A model generated the notes under the pieces. That model ran no database searches, was not told where the DNA came from, and saw only the letters and a program-made list of their open reading frames with translations. A program made the translations under genes and the position numbers. 64,000 bases of DNA from the human T2T-CHM13v2.0 reference genome, Homo sapiens. Location of the stretch: the NCBI RefSeq assembly GCF_009914755.1, contig NC_060935.1. The stretch is one strand, 5' to 3'. Positions within the stretch are counted from its first letter, which is position 1, and every line of letters begins with the position of its first letter. This document shows, in pieces, positions 1 through 13,084 of the stretch.

Positions 1-1302
1 AGTACAAGCCACCAGCCCACCTCTTAGAACCTCTCATTTCCTTTCCATCGTGGAAATCCATCCTCAAGGAAATCACTTCTCAGTGTTCCATCTGCTATTC
101 TACTACTCCTCAGGGATTATTCAGGCCCCTCCCTTCCCTACACATCAAGCTCAGGGATTTGCCCCCGCCCAGGACTGGCAACTCTTAACTCACTCTTAGA
201 GTGGATAGATGATCTTTGCTGGCAGGGGACCCTTCAATAGTTTCACCCTGATGAAGTTCTCTTCTTTACTTTTATACTCACTCTTATTCTCATTCCCATT
301 CTTATGCCACCCTTTACCTCTCCCCAGCTATCTCCACCACACTATCAACCTTACTCATTCTCTCCTAGCCACTTCTAATCCTTCCTTAGTGAACAACCAC
401 TGGCTTTGCATTTCCCTTTCTTCCAGCTCCTACACAGTTGTCCCCGCCTTACATGCAGACTAGGCAACATCTCCTGTCTCCCTACACCTCCCAACTTCCT
501 TTAACAGCCCTCACCTTTACCCTCCTGAAGAACTCATTTACTTTCTAGACAGGTCCAGGAAGACCTCTCCAAACATTTCACATCAGCAAGCTGCTGCCCT
601 CCTCCGCGCTTACCTAAAAAACCTTTCTCCTTATATCAACTCTACTCCCCCCATATTTGGACCTTTCACAACACAAACTACTATTCCTGTGGCTGCTCCT
701 TTATATTTCTCTCAGCAAAGACCCACTGGAATTCCCCTAGGTAACCTTTCACCTTCTCAATGTCCATTTATTCCTCATCTCCAAAGCCCACCTACACACA
801 TCACTGAAACAATTGGAGCCTTCCAGCTCCGTATTACAGACAAGCCCTCTATCAATACTGGCAAACTTAAAAACATTAGCAGTAATTATTGCTTAGGAAG
901 ACACTTACCCTGTATTTCACTCCATCCTTGGCTACCTTCCCCTTACTCGTCAGACTCTCCTCCCAGGCCCTTTTCTTGTTTACTTATACCCAGCCCTGAA
1001 AATAACAGTGAAAGGTTGCTCGCAGACACTCGAACAAAACCGTATCCAGGCCATCACCAACAATTCTACATGACAAATGTTTCTTCTAACAACCCCACAA
1101 TGTCACCCCTTACCACAAAATCTTCCTTCAGCTTAATCTCTCCCACTCTACGTTCCCATGCCGCCCCAATCCCGCTCGAAGCAACCCTGAGAAACATCAC
1201 ACATTATCTCTCCATACCACCCCCCCAAAAATTTTTTTTCACTGCCCCAACACTTCAATACTATTTTATGTTATTTTTCTTATTAATATAAGAAGGCAGG
1301 AA
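1..1302 (+). mobile_element. HERV-H provirus internal region, 3' part (pol/integrase remnant, env remnant, PPT); provirus continues upstream of the window
   Basis: Integrase N-terminal remnant ending ...gatttgcccccgcccaggactggca (FAPAQDWQ) at ~180; HERV-H env-like peptides; polypurine tract agaaggcaggaa at 1291-1302 directly before LTR7 tgtcaggcctctgagcc. Confidence 0.96.
209..1136 (+). pseudogene. env: HERV-H env pseudogene: signal peptide and SU N-half in one frame, single TAG at 461-463, large deletion near 1033 joined to the cytoplasmic tail
   Basis: MIFAG...LLLYSLLFSFPFLCHPLPLPSYLHHTINLTHSLL matches the HERV-H Env N-terminus; ORFs 209-463 and 689-1291 share a frame and the gap reads ATSPVSLHLPTSFNSPHLYPPEELIYFLDRS; after LLADTR the sequence jumps to caaaaccgtatccaggcc (QNRIQAIT, TM tail). 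Confidence 0.92.
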
Positions 1303-1388
1303 TGTCAGGCCTCTGAGCCGAAGCTAAACCATCGCATCGCCTGTGACCTGCAGGTATATGCCCAGATGGCCTGAAGTAACTGAAGAAT

Positions 1389-1490
1389 CACAAAAGAAGT
1401 GAAAATGGCCTGTTCCTGCCTTAACTGATGACATTCCACCACAAAAGAAGTGAAAATGGCCAGTCCTTGCCTTAACTGATGACATTACCT
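1389..1490 (+). repeat. LTR7 U3 tandem repeat, 2 x 51 bp (type I repeat)
   Basis: cacaaaagaagtgaaaatggcc...ttaactgatgacatt at 1389-1439 and 1440-1490. Confidence 0.9.
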
Positions 1491-1550
1491 TGTAAAATTC
1501 CTTTTCCTGGCTCATCCTGGCTAAAAAAGCTCCCCCACTGAGCACCTTGT

Positions 1551-1701
1551 GACCCCCACCCCTGCCCGCCAGAGAACAACCCCTTTTGACTATAATTTTC
1601 CTTTACCTACCCAAATCCTATAAAACCCAAATCCCCCACCTTTATCTCCCTTCGCTGACTCTCTATTCAGACTCAGCCCGCCTGCACCCAGGTGAAATAA
1701 A
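1551..1701 (+). promoter_or_regulatory. LTR7 GC/GT box, TATA box and poly(A) signal
   Basis: cccccacccctgcccgcc ~1552-1570; TATAAAA 1619-1625; AATAAA 1696-1701. Confidence 0.8.
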
Positions 1702-2487
1702 CAGCCGTGTTGCTCACACAAAGCCTGCTTGGTGGTCTCTTCACACAGACGCGTATGAAACTAACCCTGATAAATCAATGCCTAAGTGGTCTTCATACCA
1801 CGTGAAGCTCCTTTTGGACCACTCAACTGTCTAAATCATGAGGTAGTTGGGATGAGGAATTATAATTTAGTACTATAGTTAAATAAATTAAATTTATCTC
1901 TTGAACATAAGGATTTTCCTTACATCATTCTTTCAAGTAAAGTTTTATTTGTATTTTTATCTAACTCAATGTGATTATCATTTACTTCCTAACCAAAGAG
2001 AGACTAGAAAATTATGAGCTTTTATTCTTTGCTACTCAGTGACCTAGAAAGACAAAGCAAAATTTGAAATGAAAACCCCCTAAATTCCTTATGCTACACA
2101 CCCTGTGCCTCCCAGAGAATGGTAAATCCAGTCTTTTTTTTTTTTTTTTTTGGTCCCTTAGGACAATTTTCTGTGACTCTGTGTACACTGGAAACAAAAT
2201 TGGTTAGTTATTGTTAGATAAATTTGTTGGGTAAATCCAGTAAAAATAAACCACGTATATTATCTGGAACACATATCACCTCCACTCTTGTTTCTGTCCT
2301 CATCGTATAAGTTTTGCCACTTGAAGTTGTTCATCCTTCATGAAATCTTTCATGCATAACTCAACTCTTCCTCTTGACTTAATCTCTCAAAAGTAGTACA
2401 GGAGCTTTTAGAAATACATTCTCTTGAGGGCAAGTACTATATCTCCTGCTTCTCCAGTTCATTCTATACCCCACTCACCCAAGATAG

Positions 2488-3460
2488 TGTGCTGGTTAGT
2501 AAGCCACTGAAGCCCCACTCAAGGCTCACCCTTCTGTATTCTGCCTAACCATAAAAAAGCAGGAACGGTACCAACCACACTTCTTTCCCTGCTGTTTTTC
2601 TGCAGATAGGCCTGCCATTTGCCTGCAGATAGACTCGGCAGAGACAGATGATAGGGTGAAAAATCTAAGTATTGAGAAGGGAGAAGGAACTTGCACTGGC
2701 TGGTTTTGTTTGCTGCTTCTGTTAGTGTCACCAACAACATTTCTTCACCCTGGCTGCAGCAATGTATTCCACTTCCAATTTTCTTCCCATGCTCCAAGGA
2801 TCAGCTTCATTTCGCTATCTCAGAGATGCAAGTTCTAGCTGTCAGTGACCTCAAATATTTGAAGTATCAGAATCAGCTAGGAAAAGTCTGTTCTTAAGAG
2901 TTCTGCTGGCCCCTCTTCAAGTTCCTAAAGGCTAGCAGCTGGAAAGGACCCCTTCTTCAGAAATCTGTATCACAGGTTGTTAGGTGCCAGTAACTCTGAC
3001 ATTTTCCCATTTTGTCTCTACCCTTAGAGTTGGTAGATGCTTTCTTCAATAGTTCTCTCTATGTTATCTTTATGAAAAAGACACTTAAGAAAATTTAAAA
3101 AAAAGTGGAAGGTGATCCAAAAAAGTAATGAATATAGGCTGAGATTTTACAGCCTGCTCAAAAAAAAAGGGGGCTATTCATGGTGTGGTCTCCCCTGAAC
3201 CTAAATACAAGGTTCAGAAACTTAGTAAACAGGGAGCCAATAGGCAATGACCTGGCATCACCCCCATGGACACAAAACAGCTAATACTATTTTCTTTTTA
3301 AAGATAACTGGGGCATGCAGAGCCTTAATTTCCATAGGCAGGATTCCTTTTCTGCCTTTTCAGTTTTCCAGTACTTGTTTATACAGTTGCCTACATTAAA
3401 TTTTATATCTTAAAATAACTAGTGTGGTTTCTAAAACCTGCCCGTACCCTAATTGATATA
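2488..3460 (+). mobile_element. Old ERVL-class LTR (LTR33/LTR41-like), possibly composite
   Basis: Starts tgtgctggttagtaagccactg...cacccttctgtattctgc; ends aaataactagtgtggtttct...accctaattgatata, resembling recalled LTR33/41 termini. Confidence 0.55.
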
Positions 3461-3949
3461 CTCAGTGTCTGGAATGTTGTAGGGAACCAAAACATGTGTT
3501 GCTCCAGTCTTCTCAACTTCAAGGGGCTTCATGATTTGTTGAATCAAAGTTTTACTTCATTCTGGAGACTTTAATCATGCAAAGTCCTGAGGAAAAATGA
3601 AAGTTTACCAGGAATTGTTGCCACATAAAATCTATGTGCATTTCAAGGAAGAAAAAAGAAAGTTTTAAAGTTTTGGAATTCGAGCTCACAACTTAAGCGC
3701 AAGACTGAAATAATACAAAATATCAAATACATACTCATTGATAAGGGATCTGAATATATGCTTGCTCAATCTGCCATGAGGTAAGCAGCATTCCTGCATG
3801 TAGCCACCCAAAAACTTTTCAGGGTTAAGTGATTCAGTTCTGGTAGAAAGGAATCCACAATCCAGGAACCTTTCTTTATTAATGTGAAGATAATATTTGG
3901 GCGTGTTCCCATTTGGGCATGTTCCCACCATAACTAATATGGATTTTTA

Positions 3950-4150
3950 TGTAAGTGTGCAGGCAATTTATGTATATTATCTGACTTAATATTGGTGAAA
4001 CTCTTTCAAGCTTAAGTATTATATGCATCTGATAGATAAGGAAATCATATTTCTGATTGATTCAGCAAAGTGACCCGAAATCCCCAATTTGGAAGTGCCA
4101 GAACCAGAAGTTCAACTCAGGTCTGTCTTATTCCCACTTTTTTACTTTGC
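3950..4150 (-). mobile_element. MIR SINE fragment
   Basis: gatagataaggaaatc...gccagaaccagaagttcaactcaggtctgtct is the reverse of the MIR core. Confidence 0.55.
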
Positions 4151-4349
4151 ACCGTTCTGATAACCCATAGGTTTGGGAGTAGGAATCATAGAGGAATGGT
4201 CGTCTATCCCTATCTAGAGAAGAGACTAGCTGTTTGGTAAACTCTGCCCTGAGGAATGAAAGAGCACAAAGTAATTTGGATTAAGAAAAGAAGTTATGGA
4301 GAGCGAATATTGTAATTGCAAAAGTTTCCCTACTTCTTGTTCTCATTAG

Positions 4350-4540
4350 GCAAAATAGTATAATAATAAGCAGTGTCTTTGCCTTTAGAACAGCTGGAAT
4401 TCAAATTCCATCCTTCTACTGAATATTTTTATCTTAGACAAGTCACCTAATATCTGTAAGCCTTTGTTTTACTAACACCACACAACATTTTTTATTTTTA
4501 AGGAATAAATATGATAGATGATCGATAAATGTTAACTTCA
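4350..4540 (+). mobile_element. MIR SINE fragment
   Basis: ttcaaattccatcc...ttagacaagtcacctaatatctgtaagcct...ataaatgtta. Confidence 0.55.
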
Positions 4541-5886
4541 TTGACTTTATTAACTCTTTTATATTTCTATTTTCCATATTTATTCCTGCAGTGACTAATA
4601 AGAAAATTAATATATCTAAAATTAAAAGAACTTTTGAATCTATCTAAAATAAAACTAAAGAGAGAGGTTTTGAGCATATTTTGTAAAATTCCCTGAAGAA
4701 CTGGGTGAAGAAACACTGGGTAAAGAATGATTAAAAAAAAAAAATCAAGAGCAGATTCAAAATGGCAATAGATGTTGGCTGAGTATCTAGGCCTATCTAA
4801 AAGAAAAGGCGTTCTTAGTCTTTGATCCTAAAGATTTCAGGGTCTTAATATACAAGAATTAATGAACAATGACCTGGCAACCCTTTGACTGGATACAACC
4901 TGGCTATTACTTTTTTTTCTTTGTAGATGAGAAAACACACTCAGGCAGGCCTTCTCCCATAGCTAGTGAAGGTTAGAACGCTCATTTGGGTCCAATTTTT
5001 CTGCTTCCAAATCAAATGTTCTTTCCAATGTGATGCAGCTTTATAAATCAACTTCTTTCCCTATTATTCCGCTATTGAGTTTTCCTATTTTAATAAGATG
5101 AAAGTATCTGTTTTTTATTATACAAATTGAGAAGCAGTAAGAAGACACACACACTACCATTACATCTCTTCCACATCTCTGCTAGAGCTTACAATTTAAA
5201 GAGAAAACTGTCAGGGCATTCTTGCTTGCCTAGAGTGAAAGTGATCTCCAAATGCAAACTCCATATAATATGCACTTTGGATGTTCTTTGTCAAGCAATC
5301 TTATTTTCAGGAACATAATTGCTTTGTTCAATCAAAGTGTCTCCAAGTGCTGTGGGCTGGAGGCCTCATGATTTAGTTTCTATCAAAGAAATTCTGCCCC
5401 AAGTGGAGAAACTTGTCTGATTTAAATGAATATCAACAAAAATGATGATTTTACACTTTTCAGGGAAGAAATAGCCCCAACAGCTCTTGTGTGTTTCCAG
5501 GGACGTTAAGGGAGGCTAACAGATTTATGGTCTCATTATTGCCTGAAGCAATAACTCTTCCAATAGGTAATTTTTATGATGTGGGACCACAAAACATATG
5601 GGAATAAATGTTCTTGAATGAAGGAACTGGCTGTCAGGGTTTTCAAATACAGCAGTTACTGAAACAATAGATGATTTTCACAAAAAAATGAATTTCTTTC
5701 TCCTTAGCTTTTCTCTTATCATCTACCATTAACCCCATCAGAAACACTTGTCTCTTTAAATAGTAGAAAGTGTCATACAATCAATTGGTAAACATGAATA
5801 CAAGCATAAAATACCACATTCAATTAATATTCTAATAATAACACTAGATAAGAGTTTGATATTTACAATATAATATTAGATACTAT

Positions 5887-6278
5887 TTTAATAGTCTGTT
5901 TTGTTGCTATAGAGGAATACTAACATTGGGTAATTTATAAAGAAAAGAGGTTTATTGGTCCTCAGTTCTGTAAGCTATACAAGAATGGAACCCACATGTG
6001 TTCCTGGTAAAGACTTCAGGAAGTTTACAATCATAGTGGAAGGCAAAATGGGAGCCAGTGTATCACATGGCGAGAGAGCAAGTACGGGGGGATGTGCCAC
6101 TTTTTTAAACAACCAGATCTCATGTGAACTAACAGAGCCAGAACTCACTCTTTACCATGAGGGAAGATACCAGGCCATTCCTGAGGGATCCCCTACCGTG
6201 ACCAAAACACCTCCCACTTGGCCCACTTTCAAGATTGGAGGTCACATTTCAACATGAGATTTGGAGGGAATAAAACAC
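5887..6278 (-). mobile_element. MST (MSTB-like) MaLR solo LTR
   Basis: gggtaatttataaagaaaagaggtttatt...aacaaccagatctc...agaactcactc...cacatttcaacatgagatttggaggg is the reverse MST consensus. Confidence 0.9.
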
Positions 6279-6974
6279 TTTTTGATATGGTTTACCGTAT
6301 CAAAAATAATATATAATGGTAATAATAATAAACTATCTTCAATTAGTAATAATTGCCATACATTTTACTCCTAATCTGAATATCAAACAGAACTCAATGG
6401 ACCACTAAGAAATTATAGGAGATGTGTCTTCTCATCAGTAGATGTATTTAAACAGAAATTAAATGTCCATGAGTGGGAGTGATTTTGGAATCAAAATAAC
6501 TTAAACGTTTTGGAATGGACTTATGTATCAGATAGGGACAATACTAAAAATGATAGAATATTAGCCATTCATGGAAACTAAAGGAATAAAAAGACTTTAG
6601 GGACCCATGAAAATTAAATACATAAAAAGAAGAAAACAAACTTTTGTCAGATTATCTGTTCTTGGCTAGGTGTTTTGCCAGTTGTTTCAGTGCTTCCTCC
6701 AATTTATAAATTTAAAACCTGATAGTTTGAATAGGAATAGATTAGAATTTGGCATTAAAACAATATCTACCTGATTTTATAGAAGTTTTTATTTCAAGTG
6801 CATATTCCTAACCATATATAATAAGCCTCAATAAGCCAAAACAATTTTATGCTTTGCCTATAATAGATTTTAATAAGAGTAAATACAAGTTTTAAATTTA
6901 GTTCTAAAAACAACAACAATTATTCATGGATTTATTGCAATTTTCTGACACAATCATCAATATATAAAAGCAGT

Positions 6975-7220
6975 TTCCCCAGCCCTGCTTCCTTCCAGAT
7001 CTTCTCAATCACATCACCTATTTCATTACCCTATACCAGTTATCACTATATGAAATTATCTTTGTCTTGATTTCATTGCACATTAAATGCTGTCTCCCCA
7101 CCTCTAATACATAATCTCTGAGAGATACGTACTTCTCTTTTTGCTCACTATTACATCTCTAACACTTTGAATACTACCGGGCAAAGAGTAGAACCCCAAT
7201 AAATATTTGCCGAATTGAAT
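6975..7220 (+). mobile_element. L2 LINE 3' end
   Basis: tgtctcccca...ttgctcactatt...gagtagaaccccaataaatatttgccgaattgaat. Confidence 0.65.
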
Positions 7221-10200
7221 TTAGTCTTACCACAACAGCAATAACAATGTAGGCTTCCAATATAAAAGTATAATTGCTTATAAATGAGGCAGCATTGCAC
7301 AGTAGAAAGAGGGTATTTTTGAAGTCAAATAGTTTACTCAGCACCTCTGAATCCATTGCTCCTTTAGTGTGAGGTGGATGGTGTTATCATTCTGAGTTTA
7401 TGGAGGACAAACAGACAACTAGAGAACACAGTGAATTTTACAAAATACATAAAAATCAGAGATGAAACCAAAACTCCTATTTTGAGTTTGAGTAATATGA
7501 GAGCCATTTTATTTTATTTTTTCTATTATTGACCCACATGTTGCACAGGAAGTGGACTAAAAAATAATACACGACAAACAAAGAGGTTATAAAGGAAATG
7601 ATGAGAGTAGTCAAATTGTAGTAGAGAGTACATTTTAGAAAGTATTGAAAAATAAGGTTGAATAGTAAAGTAGATATAGTTAACAAAGGGACTACAAATA
7701 TAGGGATAAAATAATTAAATAGGGTATTATGCAAAGATATATTTCATTCTATTAAAAGTTTTTGACTTGGGAATCTTGGCATTTATTTTACCATGTAATT
7801 TTACAGGGCAAATATGATCTGCTGAAAAATGGAAACAGAGGCAATCTAGTATTTTTTTCTTTATTAAACCTGGTATAGTTGCATGTGTGCGTGTGCGTGT
7901 GATTCTCTGTCTGTGCATGTATTACGTGTCCCCAAGAAGGGTATAATAAGAAAAATAACGTGTTGCAGGTGCCATGACAAAAGACTGTGCAAACATAGTC
8001 ATGGCACAAAAGCAGGAGTTATTTATTTTTTACTTTTTGCCAGTATGAAAACAAACAATTAATGATATCATTATATCAACTTTGGAGAACAGAATGATGA
8101 TTATACTTTAATATTGATATTTATAATGTAGATTCAAGTATAGTCCAGGTCAGAGTTTTTCAGCTGTGTGCCAAGTACAGAATGTTTGTTCTTCAACAAT
8201 TCAAACAAAAGAGACCCAAACCTGTAGTATCAGTAACTTTCTGGAAGCAAAATTCAAATTACAATGCTGATAGAATCTGTGAGGAAGCTAATTGCTAAAA
8301 ATTAATTCCAATATACACAGACACATTTGAAATTGCATCACTGTAATCTAATTATTTTAATAGAAGCTAAACCAATTAAACATAATTACTTACAACCTTC
8401 AGGTTAAAAATATTGATGCAAAAACTGCAGCTATGTAAAGGCATAGTATAATATTTTAATTATATCCACAAATGCATTTAAATTAGATATTCCATTTTAT
8501 CCACAAAGCAGTTTCCTTTGTATCTGAGCCCAATGAATATGATCTGGTTTGTTTAAAAAAAAAAACTAAATTATTTATTGACAAAATAAGGTGGTGATTG
8601 AAAACCACCCAAATTTATACAGATTTATTCTAACTCAATTTATTCAATTCAATGGGGAAGAAAAGTCAAACTGCTTCTGTGATGTCTTGGAGAAAAACAA
8701 AAAGGAAACCTGTTGATTGACAGAATTATTTTTGAGATCTACTAATAGCTATGTTTTGGTGAAAACATGTAAATATTCTTATTTTCATATTTAAGGATAC
8801 CTTAGTAAATGGAAAGAGCATTGACTATACTGGGCATCTAGTTTCAAAGGATAACAAAGTACAACAAATACACTAGTTCCTTCTGAAAGTATGAATAGTT
8901 ATCTGATAATCCAAATATTTTAAAATGTACTAAAAAGGTGTAGTTAACACACATTAGGCTTGGGCTTGGGTTAAAGTAAAAGACATGTCCTCAATCTTAT
9001 TTTTCAAATTTATGGGATTATGCATGGATCCTGCTCTGTATATTATAAAGCACTTTAAACTGTATATTATTGCAATAATTTGTTGCCACCATGTGGCAGT
9101 CTCTAGATTGGGTCATGCCACCTCCACTCAACATTCTGAGTCTTGGTTTCATCACCTTCCTGGCCAGGAATTCCAGGAACTTTTCCACAAATCTTTCAGG
9201 GACTCAGTACGTGTTTAATTCACCTATTTCAGGGAGATTATTCCAGGGTAGTATAAGGAATTTTAGGACGTACACTTTGCCTTCTAGCTTAATGGAAAGA
9301 AGTCATCTCTCTTTCCTTGTCTGGGTATCAAAGTAGCCTCCCTTTCCCTGACCCCAAGTTAGGAATGACTCCAAACATTTGAAAAAATGTCAGGAGCCAG
9401 ATTCCAAAACAATATATCCAAATTTTCATCTTGTGCAAGGGAATACTATAGTACTGGGAAGATTACTGTGTGATATATGTTGTTTTTTTCCTCCTGCTCC
9501 TTTCATTTCTACCAACAAGCATAAGATTATAGGACAGATTCCACATGAAATAATATTAATTGTAGGTTTACTGCAAAATGGGTACAGACCAGAATATCTA
9601 ATTTGTGAGTACAACAACTAATGTTCAGTAAGAAATGAGGAAGAATTTTACGAAATAAGACTAAAAGAATAAATTTTTAAACACTTATTTTTGTCACAGT
9701 CCAAAATAGCAAATTCTTAGGAAGTATGAAATTTTCAGCTCAAATATACTTGAAACTATCATAAAACACCTCAGTATGTGCTGCATCCTCCTTTGCCTAA
9801 ATTCCTAAGCACCTTTTATTTTCAACAGTTAGCATAATCATGTAACATACTTCTGAAGAGGGTGATAAAATGTATTTTATTATAAACTATTTTCACTATT
9901 AAATTTTTCTTTAAAAATCATGTAAATTAAAGCACGATATATATTTTAAAATACATTATATTGCTTATCTAATAATAAGATTATTTTAAAAGTATATTTA
10001 TATATTTCAATTGCTTGGCTATATCTGGTATTAATATGCAATATATTTTGGGGGGGTAAAAAAGATGCCTTTTAATAAGAAAGTTTTATTAATTAAAATT
10101 TTGTCATAAACTTTCTTGCAATCTTTATTAAAATTGTGTTTTATAGTTATAATCTTTCAACTTATTGTTCTAGGATATATGTTTAAATATTAATATTATA

Positions 10201-11130
10201 TTTATGTGATATAAATATAATTTTTAATTGAGAAATATTTTTTCATTTGGTGCTGATCTACATAGTCAAGGCAAAGCAAATTCTCCTAAATAGATATTCT
10301 AACATTTTTCTAATGGAAATGTATTAATACATCAGCTAAAATATATTCACACTATAGTCTTTTTGCCTTTATTTTAAAACACTTTTCATATTATTATATT
10401 TACAAGAAAAAGCCATCACACGTGTTTTTTGTTTGCAATTTTTTTAATGACCTGCCAAATTTAAATGCTATAAAATTGTAGAAATGCTTATCTTTATTTC
10501 AGTAACAAATATAAACATTCAATTAAAATAGGCTCTCCAGTTAAAAAAATTTTTCTCTCATTCATATATTTCAAAATTCAATTATAAAACTACAATAAGT
10601 GTGTTATAATTATTCAATAACTCATTCTTATTTTCAGTTTATCCTTTGCTTTTGTACAGACTAACTTTTTTTTTTTCTTTGCAGACTTTGTTTTCAATAA
10701 ATGCAATTCACTGAAACTTGAAAAGCTGGAGCTTTTGGGTCTCCATTCATTGAATATTTTGATTAAAAATCTCCAGTTGATTTTGTTCAAAATACAAACA
10801 AAATTACAACCTATCCTTTAAAGAATATATTTGTATACATTGAAAAGTGAAGCAAAGAAATATAATGCACACCACCACATTGAAGTATGTTTTTTTCTAG
10901 TCAACATCAGTTTTGTTATTAAAATTTTGAAGTCCCTGTTTATTTGAAGAATATTTTTAATAATATCTTGGCACCCTTAAATATCTGTAAGTTCATACTG
11001 TTGCAAATATGGCAGCTTGGTTGAGTAAATTAATAAATTATTTGTGCATCACCACCAATTATGAGTACATATCTATTCATTGCATTTCTCATTTTAATAA
11101 TTTAGTTACCCATGGAATCTAATTCCTCAG

Positions 11131-11587
11131 TGTTGAAGTCAAATAAAATATTGAGACACATCTCTGAAAATAAAATGTTTTATTTCAGAAGAAAGAATTG
11201 TAATTCAGGGCATACATGAAGTCAGGGTGGTCTTTGATACATCCAAAGAAAAAAGCAAAGGTTAAAGCTTTTATTAAAAAGAGAAAGGTTATGTATTGCT
11301 CTTTGAGAAAGTTCATTGGCACTATTAAGCTTCTAGAGAGCAGGAAAGTTTTGATTGGTGGGCGATAGTTGGCTAAAATCAATGTTAGAGTTGCAGCAGA
11401 TCATATCAGTAGCCATTAGATAAAACTGGTTTCAGGTTACGTTAGGTAGGTACAGCAGACAGACTTGCTGAAAACTACATTTTTTGGAGCAGTGTTATGT
11501 GCCTTGAGAACTTCTAACCCTGACCTCTTGAATGTGTTTTAGTAGGATATGACAAGAGCGACACAATTCATTTGATCAACTTTCTCA
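11131..11587 (-). mobile_element. ERV1-class solo LTR (MER67-like)
   Basis: tgttgaagtcaaataaaata...agccattagataaaactggtttcaggttac...ttgatcaactttctca; TG...CA ends; subfamily uncertain. Confidence 0.65.
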
Positions 11588-13084
11588 CCAGGTTTTCCGA
11601 TATAGTAGTTTACTAATGCTCAAATAAATTTTATATGAAATATCACTGCAAAAACAAATTATTTATTCTCTTATTTAACTTTTTAAATAAATTTATGAAA
11701 TAACTCAAGATAATCAGATGTTTAATTTTGGATAGGATAAACTTCCAAAATCTTATTCTATAACTAGATGAAAATTTGAACCATTATTGGAAACAAATCA
11801 GTTGTTTTTCTATTTGAAGCCTCAGATGCCACCGATATAAAACTGACATTATTTAACTATATGTTCTTCTGCAAGTAGAACTAATGCATTACCAGATATT
11901 ACCACAATTTACATATACCCACAAGAATACTGGAAACAAAAGTGAGCAAAATTAATTTTGAAAAACAATCATCTGAAGTAATCAAAAGCCATGCTTCACA
12001 GAGTGAGGTGTAAATCACTTTGTGATATAGCATGTATTAAATTGATGCCTTTAGGCTTAATCTTCTAAAATAAAAACAAACTGCAGAAGTAGATGTTAAT
12101 GCTTCTTGTGTCTTCTGGCTTTCATGTAGTTGTTGACACTACTACAGCCCCCACACTAGATATTCAGGGCCAGAAATATTTTATTCAAGTTCCATTTTAT
12201 TAACAACTTTCTGGAGAAATTAAAGGCTTCACAAATTCTTACACAAGTTCATTTCTCCTTTTATTGAGCTCATTGCTGCTGAAATGAGCTACATTAAAAC
12301 ATCACAGTATTATTAAATAATAAAATAGTTATAGGCATATGTCATTCAATAAACAACAAAACCATCATAACAAGAACATTTAGACAAATCTCCATTCTCT
12401 ATAAAGCAGGATGCCTCAGTCTCAATTTCCTGCACATATTTAACACTTATTAATTTGTATTTCTCCACATTCCTCACTGAAGCTACCACTGGCAGTCTGA
12501 CATCCTTGTGATTTTCACAATCCATTACCCAGTCCACCATGTAGCCATCAAAGGCAGCACTGTCAAATACCACTAACTGAGAACCAAAAAAAGGAATTAG
12601 TTGTGTCTGATGGCCGGTTTTCTAGTGTGTGTCCTTTTTATCAGCCATCGCTCTGCATATCGTCCTTCTCTGAGTCTAGATAGCATCAGGAAAAGAGAAC
12701 CAGGTTAGTTTGGACTATCTTTCAAATTTAATTATGTAAAGCATGAGAATTGTGGATGCTTCCCATGCATCTCATATGCCAGATCGTGGCAGAGCTCTGA
12801 ACTATCAAGTAAAGACTACTACATTTAATTATTTCAATGTGTCATTAATAACGATATTTCAGTGAAATAAATGAAGAATCTAAGAAACATACTAAGTCGG
12901 ACATGACATCTGATAACAGGCAGAAGCTGGATCTGTCTTGTGCACCTCAAACTTTTATGACTTTACCTAAAGAATATTATTCCAAGTCTTAAGTCTTTTC
13001 CAGTTATTTTATGTGTGTTAGACCTATATCAATCAGAGCTTAACTTTTCCCAAGAGGTCCTCAACGCAATTTGGCACAGAATTA

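Larger units (their letters stand above)
1303..1760 (+). mobile_element. LTR7, 3' LTR of HERV-H
   Basis: Starts tgtcaggcctctgagcc, ends cttcacacagacgcgtatgaaa; 458 bp; two tandem ~51-bp U3 repeats; the next bases ctaac (1761-1765) are the predicted TSD. Confidence 0.96.

Noticed and set aside
689-1291. 200-aa ORF as an independent gene
   Set aside because: Starts at a GTG inside env SU, and its C-terminal part is frameshifted after the deletion; it belongs to the env pseudogene.
1389-1490. CRISPR-like repeat array (also 26103, 33794 and 63066)
   Set aside because: Two-copy tandem repeats without spacers, in eukaryotic DNA with no cas genes.
2131-2165. Poly(T) plus ttag splice acceptor near LTR7, and another at 4926
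   Set aside because: Poly(T) runs make such sites by chance, and I found no convincing donor partner.
9850-10260. Very AT-rich stretch as a structural element
   Set aside because: No periodicity or long palindrome found; ordinary low complexity.
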